Part shown: positions 21,681 through 31,177 of the stretch, piece after piece
How positions within the stretch are numbered: the first letter of the stretch is position 1
Layout of the letters: the number at the start of each line of letters is the position of its first letter
Source of the DNA: an uncultured bacterium
GTDB taxonomy: Bacteria; Verrucomicrobiota; Verrucomicrobiia; Limisphaerales; UBA8199
Assembly: GCA_963749495.1 (NCBI GenBank)
Contig: CAVVMW010000012.1
Coordinates: 1 to 64,000 of the forward strand
Length of the DNA stretch: 64,000 nt
Reading direction: 5' to 3'
Position numbers and translations under genes: made by a program
The notes under the pieces: model-generated
Databases searched by the model: none
What the model was told of the DNA's origin: nothing
Seen by the model: the letters and a program-made list of their open reading frames with translations, nothing else

Positions 21681-22334
21681 ATGAGACCCCTGAAAAAAAG
21701 CGCACTGAGAGGCTACTCGCTGGTGGAAGTGGTGATCGTGGTCGCCATCCTGAGCGTCATCGGGGTCACTGGCTACCGCTGCCTGATGTACCTCACCAAA
21801 GAGGCCACCCAGACGTCGCGCGCGGTGACCAATCCCCGCCGGGCCGAATACGACCGCTTCATTGGGGTGCTGAACGATCGGCTGGGACAGGCCTGGGCGT
21901 TCATCCCCGAACCGGCCAACCTGCAAGGAATCAGCGGGACTCTGCTCCACCTTTTTGATGCAACCGGGCAGGAATTCGCGGCCTTCGGGATTTACACCGA
22001 CGGCACGGTTTCCCAATACGAGATCGCCGATGCGGGCGGAGGGGCACCGCTGGATTTCACCTACGCCTTCACTAACCAGGACAGCACCTCGGACTACTCC
22101 CTCGCGCTGGCAACCAACGCCACCGTTCCGAACCTGGACGTCACGGCAACCTGGAAGGTGCCGCCGCCCTTATATTACCGCGCCGCCACGGCGGCCTTTC
22201 GCGGCCTGTTCATCAGCGCCGACGACGCGGATTTGGAGCAGCAACTGTCTGTCCACCGGACTAACAAGACGGGTCTGCTCCAGCACGATCTCCGAGAATA
22301 CAACTTCAACCCGCGCCACGGCGCCTTTCGTTAG
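21681..22334 (+). CDS. Type IV prepilin-like (minor pilin) protein
   Basis: RG/YSLVEVVIVVAILSVIG prepilin cleavage/methylation motif. Confidence 0.85.
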   Translation: MRPLKKSALRGYSLVEVVIVVAILSVIGVTGYRCLMYLTKEATQTSRAVTNPRRAEYDRFIGVLNDRLGQAWAFIPEPANLQGISGTLLHLFDATGQEFAAFGIYTDGTVSQYEIADAGGGAPLDFTYAFTNQDSTSDYSLALATNATVPNLDVTATWKVPPPLYYRAATAAFRGLFISADDADLEQQLSVHRTNKTGLLQHDLREYNFNPRHGAFR

Positions 22335-22340
22335 ACAACA

Positions 22341-22736
22341 ATGAGAATTACCGGCCGATGCAGGCGGCGGACCAGCGGCGCGACGCTGGTGGAGATGGTC
22401 GCCGCGATCATAATTCTGGGCCTGGTGGTCACCGGGGTCGCCCAGTTCCTCCTCGTCAGCAAGATAAACGTTTACACCGACAACGTGAAAGCGGGCGTAG
22501 TGCAGGCGCTTTCAGACACGATTGTGAAATACCAAACCATGGGCGTGGGTGAAACAAACGTCCCCGTCAGCGAGGATCTGTTGCCGCACATACCGAGCGG
22601 AACCATGCGTCTGGAGAAAAGCGGGCCGGCCAACGGCGTTTACACCCTGCAAGGCAGCGTCACCTGGAGACCTTTCAAGAGCGGTGACGACGGCTTCCTG
22701 TTCCACGAACAACTGTCGCTCGAAGTGCCCGAGTAG
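22341..22736 (+). CDS. Type IV prepilin-like (PilV-like minor pilin) protein
   Basis: SG/ATLVEMVAAIIILGL motif; C-terminal VTW. Confidence 0.8.
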   Translation: MRITGRCRRRTSGATLVEMVAAIIILGLVVTGVAQFLLVSKINVYTDNVKAGVVQALSDTIVKYQTMGVGETNVPVSEDLLPHIPSGTMRLEKSGPANGVYTLQGSVTWRPFKSGDDGFLFHEQLSLEVPE

Positions 22737-22829
22737 CATCATGCGCAGTTCGGCATGCAAGCAGCAGGAAGAACGGCCACGCGCAGGGCCGGGCATCACT
22801 CCACGGCTGCGCAGGCCACAGGTTTGCAG

Positions 22830-24308
22830 TCACGAATGACGCGCCAACGGGTTTTCCTCAGACTTGCTCTCGTCGATCGCCTTGTCGAGGACGGTCATGA
22901 AATAGGCGCGGGCGCGGTCCACTACGAAGGAGTCCTGCTCCATGGCCTGCTGCCAGGACTGGGTGTTCTGCATGAGAACTCTCAGCAACTCTTCGAGCCG
23001 CACTCGCTCCCGCGCCAGGTCGGCTTTGGGGTCGCTCTTGGATACACGGGAGGCTTTTCCGTCCACATACGCCATCAAGGAGAGGGTTGCGCCTTCGGGC
23101 GTCCGCAGCAAGGGGTTCCATTGCCGGCACAGTGAATCGAGGGCCTTTTGAAGGACATCCCTCAGCGCGGGTTCGAGGATGCCGCGATACAGCCGTTGGC
23201 GGACGAGGCCCGATTCCGTGCGGGGATGGCTCAAGAAGGCGCGCAATCGCGGCAGGCGTTCGATCTTTTCGGCCACGAAAGCCGCCGTTTCCCGGCTCAA
23301 CGGCAGAAAGCCGAGCCGCGCAAAGAATTCCTGCTTCATCCCGGATTCCCGCAGAAAGGCATCATCCACCAGGGGTTGCGGCGGGCGGCTCATCTCTCCC
23401 AGGCGTCCCGGCAGGTAAATGCGGTAGAAGACCTCGGCCATGAGGTTAGACTCCGAGCCCTCAGCAGCCGAGTAGGTAAATGGGCAAAGCTTTTCTTGGA
23501 TCGCACCGGTCAGATCCGCGTTCTTGACGCATTCCAGGTAGAGATTGAGCTGGTCCAGCGTCGGTTTGAGGTAGAAAACGTGATCAACCAGGCCGAAGCG
23601 CAACGATAATCGGTTGTCTCGCAGGTCGGCGGCCTGGCCCGCATGGCCCAGGTGATCGGCCAGGGAACGGCTCAGCTTGAACAACTCGAAGGTGTAGGAG
23701 CCGGCCCAGGTTTCCTTCGCGTTCGAGAAGAACACAAAGAGCTTCCGGCAGGCGGCCAGAAAGGACAGGCGATAGAGGCGCTGCGCGGGCGCCGACAGCG
23801 AGGAACCGCGGGAAGACAGACACTGGCGTGCCACTTGGTCGGCGGCCTCAAACGGGTTGACGGAAGCGTCCCGAAGCGAGGCGCAAGACTGCTCCCAGCC
23901 TTTGAGCAACTCCTCTTCCTTGTGAAGATACGGCACCGTGTTTTCAAAGCGGCCCAGGGTCGATTCGTAGAGCCACTCCACCCGCAGCCGTTGTGTCACC
24001 ACGGGCCGGCGAAGGGTTCCCACCACACTTTGGAGCCGGGGATGCGCCTCAACCTGGTCCAGCAAATGATTCATGGCCGACGGCGTGTGAGGGTTTTCCA
24101 GCAAATCCACCGAGTGCACGTCGCCCAGCCCGCGCAACTTTTCAAAGGGATGAGTGTGCCCGAGCAAGGAAACGCGGATTAGGTCGAGCGCGACGGGAAT
24201 CAGTTGCCGTTTGATCTCTGCCAGCATGCCGTCTCCGCAAAGAAACCGGAGCCCATCGAGGAACTCGGTTTCGGCGGGCAAGATGAGCCGTGGAGAAGGC
24301 GAAGTCAT
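22830..24308 (-). CDS. Hypothetical protein (about 490 aa, helical)
   Basis: Long ORF; ATG 24308 overlaps the upstream gene's stop (ATGA). Confidence 0.7.
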   Translation of the reverse strand: MTSPSPRLILPAETEFLDGLRFLCGDGMLAEIKRQLIPVALDLIRVSLLGHTHPFEKLRGLGDVHSVDLLENPHTPSAMNHLLDQVEAHPRLQSVVGTLRRPVVTQRLRVEWLYESTLGRFENTVPYLHKEEELLKGWEQSCASLRDASVNPFEAADQVARQCLSSRGSSLSAPAQRLYRLSFLAACRKLFVFFSNAKETWAGSYTFELFKLSRSLADHLGHAGQAADLRDNRLSLRFGLVDHVFYLKPTLDQLNLYLECVKNADLTGAIQEKLCPFTYSAAEGSESNLMAEVFYRIYLPGRLGEMSRPPQPLVDDAFLRESGMKQEFFARLGFLPLSRETAAFVAEKIERLPRLRAFLSHPRTESGLVRQRLYRGILEPALRDVLQKALDSLCRQWNPLLRTPEGATLSLMAYVDGKASRVSKSDPKADLARERVRLEELLRVLMQNTQSWQQAMEQDSFVVDRARAYFMTVLDKAIDESKSEENPLARHS

Positions 24309-24688
24309 TGGGTCATCGAGGCGAACAACTCGGCCACGCCTGCGTCCGCGGCGAGTTTCCGCGATCGACGGGCCAACTCCAGGGCGTCCTTCCCCAGCCG
24401 ATGATACCACGGCGGGGTTTGCAACTGGAACACCTCAGCCACCTGTTCAGCCGGCACGGTCATGACACCCAGCTTCAACACGTAATCGCACGGCACCGAA
24501 CTTTCGACCAGAAAGGTCTTGGCAGCGCAATTGAACAGCTGCAGCGACGGTCCCGAGCGAATGCCGTAGTCGCAAAAGACGGAGTTTAACTCATTCTGGC
24601 CAGCCGCCCGGAACCGCACCAGGAGGATTCCTCTGCGCGCGGGCTCGATAACGGAAGGGCCGTCCATGTTAAACTCGATCTTTGTCAC
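24305..24688 (-). CDS. Hypothetical protein
   Basis: 127-aa ORF coupled to the next gene; TATAAT at 24738-24743 on the minus strand. Confidence 0.55.
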   Translation of the reverse strand: MTKIEFNMDGPSVIEPARRGILLVRFRAAGQNELNSVFCDYGIRSGPSLQLFNCAAKTFLVESSVPCDYVLKLGVMTVPAEQVAEVFQLQTPPWYHRLGKDALELARRSRKLAADAGVAELFASMTQ

Positions 24689-24867
24689 GTTGGCTCAGGT
24701 GCGCCGTTGCGCCGGACGCGAAAAGCGCGCTCAAATCATTATAGCGTCCTCTCAAACGAGGGATGTTCGGCAGGCCAATACGGGATGGAGAAACTCTCTC
24801 CGCGCCAACGAAACGCGGCCGGGCGGGCCATATAATGGAGCAATGCCTGAAATGGCGCCCTTGAAAA

Positions 24868-25686
24868 ATGCTCGGTAACCCGCAAGAAGAAGCCAGCCTC
24901 GACGTCGTGGACCCGCAGGCCGTCAAGCCGGCCAAAAAGGTTGGGGCGCTGAAAATGCTCCTGCGCCAGTTCGAGGCCACGGGCAACCCGCCTTTGCAGG
25001 GCGAAGAAGTGCTGCCCCCCAAACTCATCGGGGAGGGCAATTACCATTGGTACCCCTTGGCGTGGCTGCGCTGGCTGGCCCGCTGGGAACGGCTCAAAAC
25101 CGGTGTCTTGCTGCTCATCCTGCTTTGTCTGCTGGCGGTTTACGCGATCATCAGCCAGCGGCGGAGCTGCCAGGTGAACTTGCCCGAACCCTCCACCGAA
25201 CTGCTGCTCAAGGCCAAGGGCTTCGACACGTTCAACCAGAACCAGGCGGAGGCCTTTGTCATTTTCGTCGTCAACGCGGCCAACCAATCGTCCTCCGAAG
25301 GGATGCCCAACCTGAATCTCTTGGAGGGGAGCATTGATGCCGCCATCTACCTCCGGCTTCAGCAGAAGGGAATGAACCAGCAGTTGAAGAACATCCTGCC
25401 GGCCGAGTTTCCGATTTACACACTCTACATTTCGGAGGTCACCCGCTGGCGCTACAACCCGGCAACGCGGATGATCTCGGCCTACGTCAGGGGCTTCCGC
25501 ATGTCCCACACCCTCTCCGGCAAGAGCGGCATGGAGCCGTATCGCGCCCAAATCGAGATCTTCTGGGAGCCGATGTCCAACCGCAACAAGTGGGGCTATT
25601 ACGTGCAGCGCCTCGACGAGTTTATCGGAGCGGCCGCCGAGGCCTATGACGCGGAACTGAAAACCCGGGACCGGACCGGCGCTTGA
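24868..25686 (+). CDS. TraE/VirB8-like bitopic T4SS protein
   Basis: Single TM then periplasmic domain ending NKWGYYV (VirB8-type NPxGxxV); precedes TraK/TraB-like genes. Confidence 0.55.
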   Translation: MLGNPQEEASLDVVDPQAVKPAKKVGALKMLLRQFEATGNPPLQGEEVLPPKLIGEGNYHWYPLAWLRWLARWERLKTGVLLLILLCLLAVYAIISQRRSCQVNLPEPSTELLLKAKGFDTFNQNQAEAFVIFVVNAANQSSSEGMPNLNLLEGSIDAAIYLRLQQKGMNQQLKNILPAEFPIYTLYISEVTRWRYNPATRMISAYVRGFRMSHTLSGKSGMEPYRAQIEIFWEPMSNRNKWGYYVQRLDEFIGAAAEAYDAELKTRDRTGA

Positions 25687-26417
25687 TCATGGACCGCATA
25701 CCCTACACTCATTTCTGGTCCGAGGAACCCGAGGCCCAACGCCGTGCCTGGCGGCCAACCGACGAAGTCCGCCGCCGCCTGATGCGCCTGTGGGCGTTCC
25801 AGGCGCTGCTGCTGGCGAGCATCGTCGTAGTCGGGGGAATCCTCGCCAAGGAGAGCAAGCGCCTGCCGCCCATTTACGCCCGGCTCCCCAAGGGCGTCGT
25901 TTTTGAGACCACGGCCGGGGATCTGCAAATGGACCGGCTCGCGCGAACGGAACTGGTCAACAACGTGCTCCAGATTCTCTATTACCAGGAGGGCAGTTTC
26001 AATTATCTCGATACGGTCAGGCAGAACGTCAAACCGCAGTTGCTGGGACGCTTCCGCGCGGAGATGCAGAATGCCTCCAAGCAGACCAATTCGACCGTGA
26101 ATTTGAGCGTTGTCGAGACTTTCGAAGCGGTGAACGTGCCGGCGAAGGGCTTCGACACGGTCACCAAAGCAATGCTCAGCAAGCGCAGCAGCCAGGAAAG
26201 CGCCAGCGCGCCCATTTACATCCGCACCCGCTGGCTGCTCTCCGGTGATCGCTACCTGTTGTCGCGCTTGGAGGAGATCCGGCCGGGAGATTACTACGAG
26301 CTGTTCCTGGCCGAGAAGGAGAGGCTCAAGAAACTCTCGAAACAGGAGCTTGAGCGTGAACTGGGCGTGCGGAAGAACCAGGAAATCCCTTTGCCCAAAC
26401 GACACACCCCATTTTAG
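25683..26417 (+). CDS. Second TraE/VirB8-like bitopic T4SS protein
   Basis: Single TM followed by PPIYARLP and an alpha/beta domain; operon context. Confidence 0.5.
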   Translation: MIMDRIPYTHFWSEEPEAQRRAWRPTDEVRRRLMRLWAFQALLLASIVVVGGILAKESKRLPPIYARLPKGVVFETTAGDLQMDRLARTELVNNVLQILYYQEGSFNYLDTVRQNVKPQLLGRFRAEMQNASKQTNSTVNLSVVETFEAVNVPAKGFDTVTKAMLSKRSSQESASAPIYIRTRWLLSGDRYLLSRLEEIRPGDYYELFLAEKERLKKLSKQELERELGVRKNQEIPLPKRHTPF

Positions 26418-26432
26418 CCAAAAGCGCAAGCC

Positions 26433-27300
26433 GTGAAAACACCCGCTCATCTTATCTTGATGCTCCTCGCCGCCGGGACCGCGCTGGCCGGTGATCCTTT
26501 CCAGGGCAATGACGCGACCCAATCGAACCTTGCCGACGGCGTGCGGCTTTCCACGCGCATCGTCGAGAATGTGGTACTCGATGCCGGCCCAGATAACCAA
26601 GCTCATCTTTCCCAAACCGGTGGAGGAAGTCAGCGTGAACACGCAGGTCATCAACATCGGCCGCAACCCGCCTGACAGCAAAGAATGTTACCTCCTGCTC
26701 TCTCCCAAAGTCGCCAAAGGGGATGTGGACATGCATGTCGTCATGGACGGCCAGACCTACACGTTCCGGCTGCTCGTCGGCCGGGAAAAGGTCAATTACC
26801 GCAAGACCTACACGGCCGAGCGAGGTGGGTCCGGCCGCAACCTGCGCAAGGTGCCCCCGCTGGCGCCTCCTGAGATCAACACCACCCGCCTCATCCACAT
26901 CATCAACCAGAGCGTGCGTGACCCCAATTACGCGAGTGTCGTGGCCAAGGACATCGGCAGCAGCCCCCAGGGCGCCACGTATTTGTGGGACGGGGCCGAG
27001 GTGATTCTGCAGAGCGCGTGGCACTATTACCCGCAGGATGTCGTTATCGTGCAGGTCGAGGCTCACAACCCCACCAGCCGGGCCGTTTACCTCTCCGCGA
27101 CCCAAATCGAGCCTTACATCGCCAACACCGCGTTCCACTACCTCTTGACCCAACAGGGCACCAAAGTGCTGCTGCCGGGCCAAACCGACATCAAATACCT
27201 GTTCCTTCAAGGCTACGGGCTCGACATTGAAGGTGCCCGCTTCGAACTGCGGCTGCCGGCCGCCGGCCCTCAACTGAACGCCCGAACCTCAACAGGACCC
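26433..27300 (+). CDS. TraK/VirB9-like outer-membrane core protein (frameshift ~26588)
   Basis: Signal peptide in ORF 26433..26675 joins QITKLIFPKPVEEV in frame 26491; DGQTYTFRL and LLPGQT motifs. Confidence 0.55.
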
Positions 27301-28710
27301 GTGAACAGCATTTTCTCGCTTACCAGAACCAATGCCCAAGGCAAACCAGCCTTGGGGTTCGGGGTCATCCTGATCGTCATGGGGGTGATGATTCTGGGCG
27401 GGCTATATGTCCTGCACGTGATTCGTCTGCCGCAGAGGAAAGACCCGACCGTCAGGGTCGTCACGCCCAGCAGTCAAAGCACCCGCCAGGGCGGGGGGTC
27501 TCCCGTTGAGCAGCCGTTGCTGCTGAAGGATCAATTGCCTGAAACCCGCCGACGGCCCAGCAAGAGCCTGGAGGACCTTTACCGAAAGTGCGCAGAGGAA
27601 CAAGCGACGAACCAGCCCCCAGCGGCCAATCCAGAGAAAAAGACCAAGCCTGCCGACTCGGCATTGGGAGATTGGATACCCAGGGTCGATCCCAGGCATC
27701 TGCCGGCGCTTCACAGTGGCGATGGAAAGCTCACCAGCAACCCCATTCGGAGCAGCGGCTCGGAGGAGGCCAATTCGAAGGGGGACCAAGAGAGCTACCT
27801 TTACGTTGACCAGCTCCTGCTGTTTACCAATGTTCCGACCGCCGCCAAACCCAGGAAGACGGGCTACGAGATCAAGAGATTCCTTCCGCGCGGCCACACG
27901 ATTCCCCTTGTGCTCCTGAGCAGAATCAACACCTCGGTCGGGTCGATGCCGGTCCAGATGGCCGTGGCGAAGGACGTGGAGTTCAACGGCAAGCTGCAAC
28001 TGCCTTTCGGTTGGCATCTTATGGGCACGGCCACTCAAGGCCCCAACCACAAGGTCAACGTCCGGGTGAACACGATCATCGATCCGCAAGGCAAGGAATA
28101 CCCCATCACCGCCATGGTCCTGAGCTTGGCCCAGGAACCCGGGTTCGACGGCTATGCAACCGAATCGCCGCTGATGCTGGAATTGCTGCCGCTGGCGTCC
28201 ACCACGGTTAAGACTTTCATGGACGCTTTGAAGGACGTAACAACCCAGCAGTCAATCATTCCCTCCGGCAACACCACCATCGTGGGCAGCCAGCAAACCT
28301 ACGCCTTGAACGCCAAGAGCAAGCTGCTCGACGGGACCGCTCAAGTGTTAAGCGGGCTTATGGCCGACAAAGCCAAGGAACTGAACGCGCTTTATCCCCA
28401 GGGGACCATTGTGCCACGGGGAACACTTGGCTGGGCGCTGCTCACGGCGCCGCTGGACTTGACCTTGGGCAAGGAGGGGGGCAGCGCGGAGTTCCTCGAC
28501 AAACAAGACGCCAACCCGGTGCCAAACGTCATCACGCTGAGCCAGCAGCAGGGGGCGGCGCGCCATCCCGCGCCGACGGCCGCAACCGAAACGGCTGCGG
28601 CTCCCTATTCAACGGCTGTGCAGCTTCCGCCTGGCGTGCCGGCAGCAGCAAATCCCTCCGGGACCCAGGCGCCGCCGCTCAGCCCAGGGGCAACGAAAAC
28701 TTTGGAATGA
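27301..28710 (+). CDS. TraB/VirB10/TrbI-like T4SS core protein
   Basis: TM, Pro-rich linker, then FLPRGHTIPLVL...INT...LPFG..LMG...IVPRGT. In frame with the upstream TraK-like gene as assembled. Confidence 0.7.
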   Translation: MNSIFSLTRTNAQGKPALGFGVILIVMGVMILGGLYVLHVIRLPQRKDPTVRVVTPSSQSTRQGGGSPVEQPLLLKDQLPETRRRPSKSLEDLYRKCAEEQATNQPPAANPEKKTKPADSALGDWIPRVDPRHLPALHSGDGKLTSNPIRSSGSEEANSKGDQESYLYVDQLLLFTNVPTAAKPRKTGYEIKRFLPRGHTIPLVLLSRINTSVGSMPVQMAVAKDVEFNGKLQLPFGWHLMGTATQGPNHKVNVRVNTIIDPQGKEYPITAMVLSLAQEPGFDGYATESPLMLELLPLASTTVKTFMDALKDVTTQQSIIPSGNTTIVGSQQTYALNAKSKLLDGTAQVLSGLMADKAKELNALYPQGTIVPRGTLGWALLTAPLDLTLGKEGGSAEFLDKQDANPVPNVITLSQQQGAARHPAPTAATETAAAPYSTAVQLPPGVPAAANPSGTQAPPLSPGATKTLE

Positions 28711-28742
28711 CCAGAACTCGCTTTATGACCCAGAACAAAACC

Positions 28743-29570
28743 ATGAAACAGGTTCGTCTCCTTCTGGCCGCGGTTGGGGTGATTTGGATCACGGGCTGTG
28801 CAACCCATAAGCAAAAGCCGCCAAGCCTGAAACCGGCTGAGCCGATGGTGCAGGTGATCCCGCCGCAGGGCGCGCAAGAACCGCGAGTGGCGGAGGTGCC
28901 GTCCAGGCCGGAGCCGATTTACATCAACCCTGTGATCGAAGAGGTGGAGATGGCTTCCTACGTGAACGACGACGGCAATCTCGTGTTTCCAGGGAGGATC
29001 CTGGTAATCCGCGAGCCTGGCCGCTGGAACCTCGCCGCCGCCCAGAAGAACAGCAAGTATTACGTTCCGGCGGACAACCAGCCGCCCCGACTGGCGCCCC
29101 CCTCCAAGAGCTACTACGACTACATCCAGTCCAGGAAAAACGGTCAACCGACCGCGCAACTGGACGTGAGCCGCGTGCGGGTGTTGGGATTCTTCCAGCA
29201 GGAGGAGCGGCGGGAAGCCGAATCGAAACTCGCGGCTGGCGAGACGATTGCCTATGACCCGTATCTGGGCTGGCTGGCGATACCGGCCAACCCTGACGCG
29301 GAAGAATTGGCGCCCCGTTCACCACAGGCCTGCGCACCGTTGGTTTCACCGCAAAAACCCAGGGAACCTCCCGTCAAACCAGCCCCCGCGCCGGCTGAGC
29401 AAGCGCAGGACAAACTGACGGGGACGAACGCGCCGGCAACGGGCGTCCTGCCTGAAGGGACCGAGTCGGCAAGGGAACAGGAGAAAAAGCTGCGCGGCAT
29501 TCTGGAGGACGCTTTCAAGAAAGCCGAGCAGGCGCACGAGCAAGGAACCAATCAACCCACCCAACAATAG
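28743..29570 (+). CDS. TraV-like T4SS lipoprotein
   Basis: Lipobox ITGC; SYVNDDGNLVFPGRILVIREPGRW resembles the TraV core; follows TraB-like gene. Confidence 0.65.
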   Translation: MKQVRLLLAAVGVIWITGCATHKQKPPSLKPAEPMVQVIPPQGAQEPRVAEVPSRPEPIYINPVIEEVEMASYVNDDGNLVFPGRILVIREPGRWNLAAAQKNSKYYVPADNQPPRLAPPSKSYYDYIQSRKNGQPTAQLDVSRVRVLGFFQQEERREAESKLAAGETIAYDPYLGWLAIPANPDAEELAPRSPQACAPLVSPQKPREPPVKPAPAPAEQAQDKLTGTNAPATGVLPEGTESAREQEKKLRGILEDAFKKAEQAHEQGTNQPTQQ

Positions 29571-29577
29571 CCGTCTT

Positions 29578-29895
29578 ATGGCAGAAACAATATCCATGAC
29601 ATTGGACCTCCCCAAGGAGTTGGTGGCGCGCGTCAAGGCGGTGAAGCCTTCCTGGCTCGCCGATCTGACGGATGAGGAATACCTCAGCCACGTCATCGCC
29701 CAGGGCAATTTCGACGACTATCTCCAGCAGCTCGAAAACGCCAACGCGGCGGTGAAGAAGCTGGCGGTCAACCTCAACTTGCACAAGAAGGGGAACACCG
29801 CGTCGTCCAAGAACAGCAAACCGGGTCAGCGCCTCGGCAACAAGGCGAGCCCAAGCCAATCCGCAGAAAAATCCCCAACCGCGCCTGTCACATGA
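29578..29895 (+). CDS. Small protein, possibly ribbon-helix-helix DNA-binding
   Basis: ISMTLDLPKELVARVK beta-helix pattern; basic tail. Confidence 0.4.
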   Translation: MAETISMTLDLPKELVARVKAVKPSWLADLTDEEYLSHVIAQGNFDDYLQQLENANAAVKKLAVNLNLHKKGNTASSKNSKPGQRLGNKASPSQSAEKSPTAPVT

Positions 29896-30356
29896 AAACC
29901 TCGTTTACACTCGCAATAACCGCGGCCGTTAGTCTAATGGCAGCCGGCTGTTATTACCCTCAACCGGCCCAGACCGGCAACGCCTCTGCTTTCAACGGCA
30001 CTACGGCTGTGGCAGGCGCTCTGGGCGGCGCCGGTGGCGCTTTCGCCGGCCAAGCCATCAACAAAGATTACGGGGCTCCTGTGGGCGCGGCGGTGGGAAC
30101 CGTTGCGGCCGGAGGCATTACCTACGCCCTGCAGGAACGCAAGCAGCGCGAACTCCAGGAGGCCTATGCCGAGGGGGAACGGCAGGGACGGGCGCAGGTG
30201 CTGGACGAGTGGTGGAGCGAAAATGCCGTGCTCAGTGACCCGGCCGATAGAGGCGGCAAGAAAGGACCCAAAACCCGGCAGGTCCCTTTGCCCGAAGGGA
30301 TTTACGAGAGTGTCCCCTACCACAGCCGGAGCTACGAGTACATGGTGAAGCCCTGA
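29892..30356 (+). CDS. Glycine-zipper lipoprotein
   Basis: Lipobox AAGC; GALGGAGGAFAG...GAAVGTVAAG. Confidence 0.7.
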   Translation: MKTSFTLAITAAVSLMAAGCYYPQPAQTGNASAFNGTTAVAGALGGAGGAFAGQAINKDYGAPVGAAVGTVAAGGITYALQERKQRELQEAYAEGERQGRAQVLDEWWSENAVLSDPADRGGKKGPKTRQVPLPEGIYESVPYHSRSYEYMVKP

Positions 30357-30429
30357 GTCAATTCTTCGGAGGTCAACGACACCCCGCGGATCGTACACTG
30401 GAAAACGGACGGAACAACGACAACAAACC

Positions 30430-31173
30430 ATGAAAAAGACCATTTTCACCTTAATCATCGGGGCCAGCCTGCTCACGCCGGTCTTGGCGCAGATTCCCAC
30501 CATCAATGTCAGTTCGCTCCAGCAGCTCTATCAGCAGTATCAAACGATGCAGCAGCAACTGGACACCTCCAAGGGCATCCTCAGTCAGGCCACGCAGATT
30601 TACAACCAGGAGGTCAAAACTTACGAGACGGCGCTGGGCAACATCAACACGCTCAAGGCCAAGGCCCAGGCATGGCTCAACTCCTTTACGCGGCTGGCCA
30701 GCACCGATTTCTTCACCGGCCGGGCGGCGCCCATTCAGAGTTTCGACAGCAACATCAATTACTGGGCCAACCAGCTGGCTTATGGCCAACGGGACCTGAC
30801 GTCCATGGAACAGCGCTGGGAGACCGCCTTGACCAGGGTCAGCAACGGCACGGCAACCGACTGGGAACAGCGCATGGCGCTGGGGGGCTACAATTCGAGG
30901 ATCATCAACAATGCGAATGCCTCGCGCAGCTACGGCAGCAATGTTCTGGCCCAATCCCAGTCCGTCCTCGATGACACCGAGGACGGCACTCTCATCGAGC
31001 AAGCCGGCGCGCAGAACGCGCTGCTGTACCAGCAAACTGCCTTGCTGGACAAAATGAAGAACAACGTCAACGACGCCAATGTCGCCGAAGCGGCGCAACG
31101 GGAGCAACAACTCAAGAAACAGCGGGACCAAGAGGCCATCCGCAAGGCCATGTCCAACATTCCTGTGGATTGA
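30430..31173 (+). CDS. VirB5/TrbJ-like secreted protein
   Basis: Signal peptide + QIPTINV followed by Q-rich coiled coils; upstream of VirB6-like gene. Confidence 0.6.
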   Translation: MKKTIFTLIIGASLLTPVLAQIPTINVSSLQQLYQQYQTMQQQLDTSKGILSQATQIYNQEVKTYETALGNINTLKAKAQAWLNSFTRLASTDFFTGRAAPIQSFDSNINYWANQLAYGQRDLTSMEQRWETALTRVSNGTATDWEQRMALGGYNSRIINNANASRSYGSNVLAQSQSVLDDTEDGTLIEQAGAQNALLYQQTALLDKMKNNVNDANVAEAAQREQQLKKQRDQEAIRKAMSNIPVD

Positions 31174-31177
31174 GAAA

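Noticed and set aside
17187..22736. Shufflon or diversity-generating retroelement acting on the adhesin
   Set aside because: No recombinase, reverse transcriptase, inverted cassettes or template/variable repeat pair seen.
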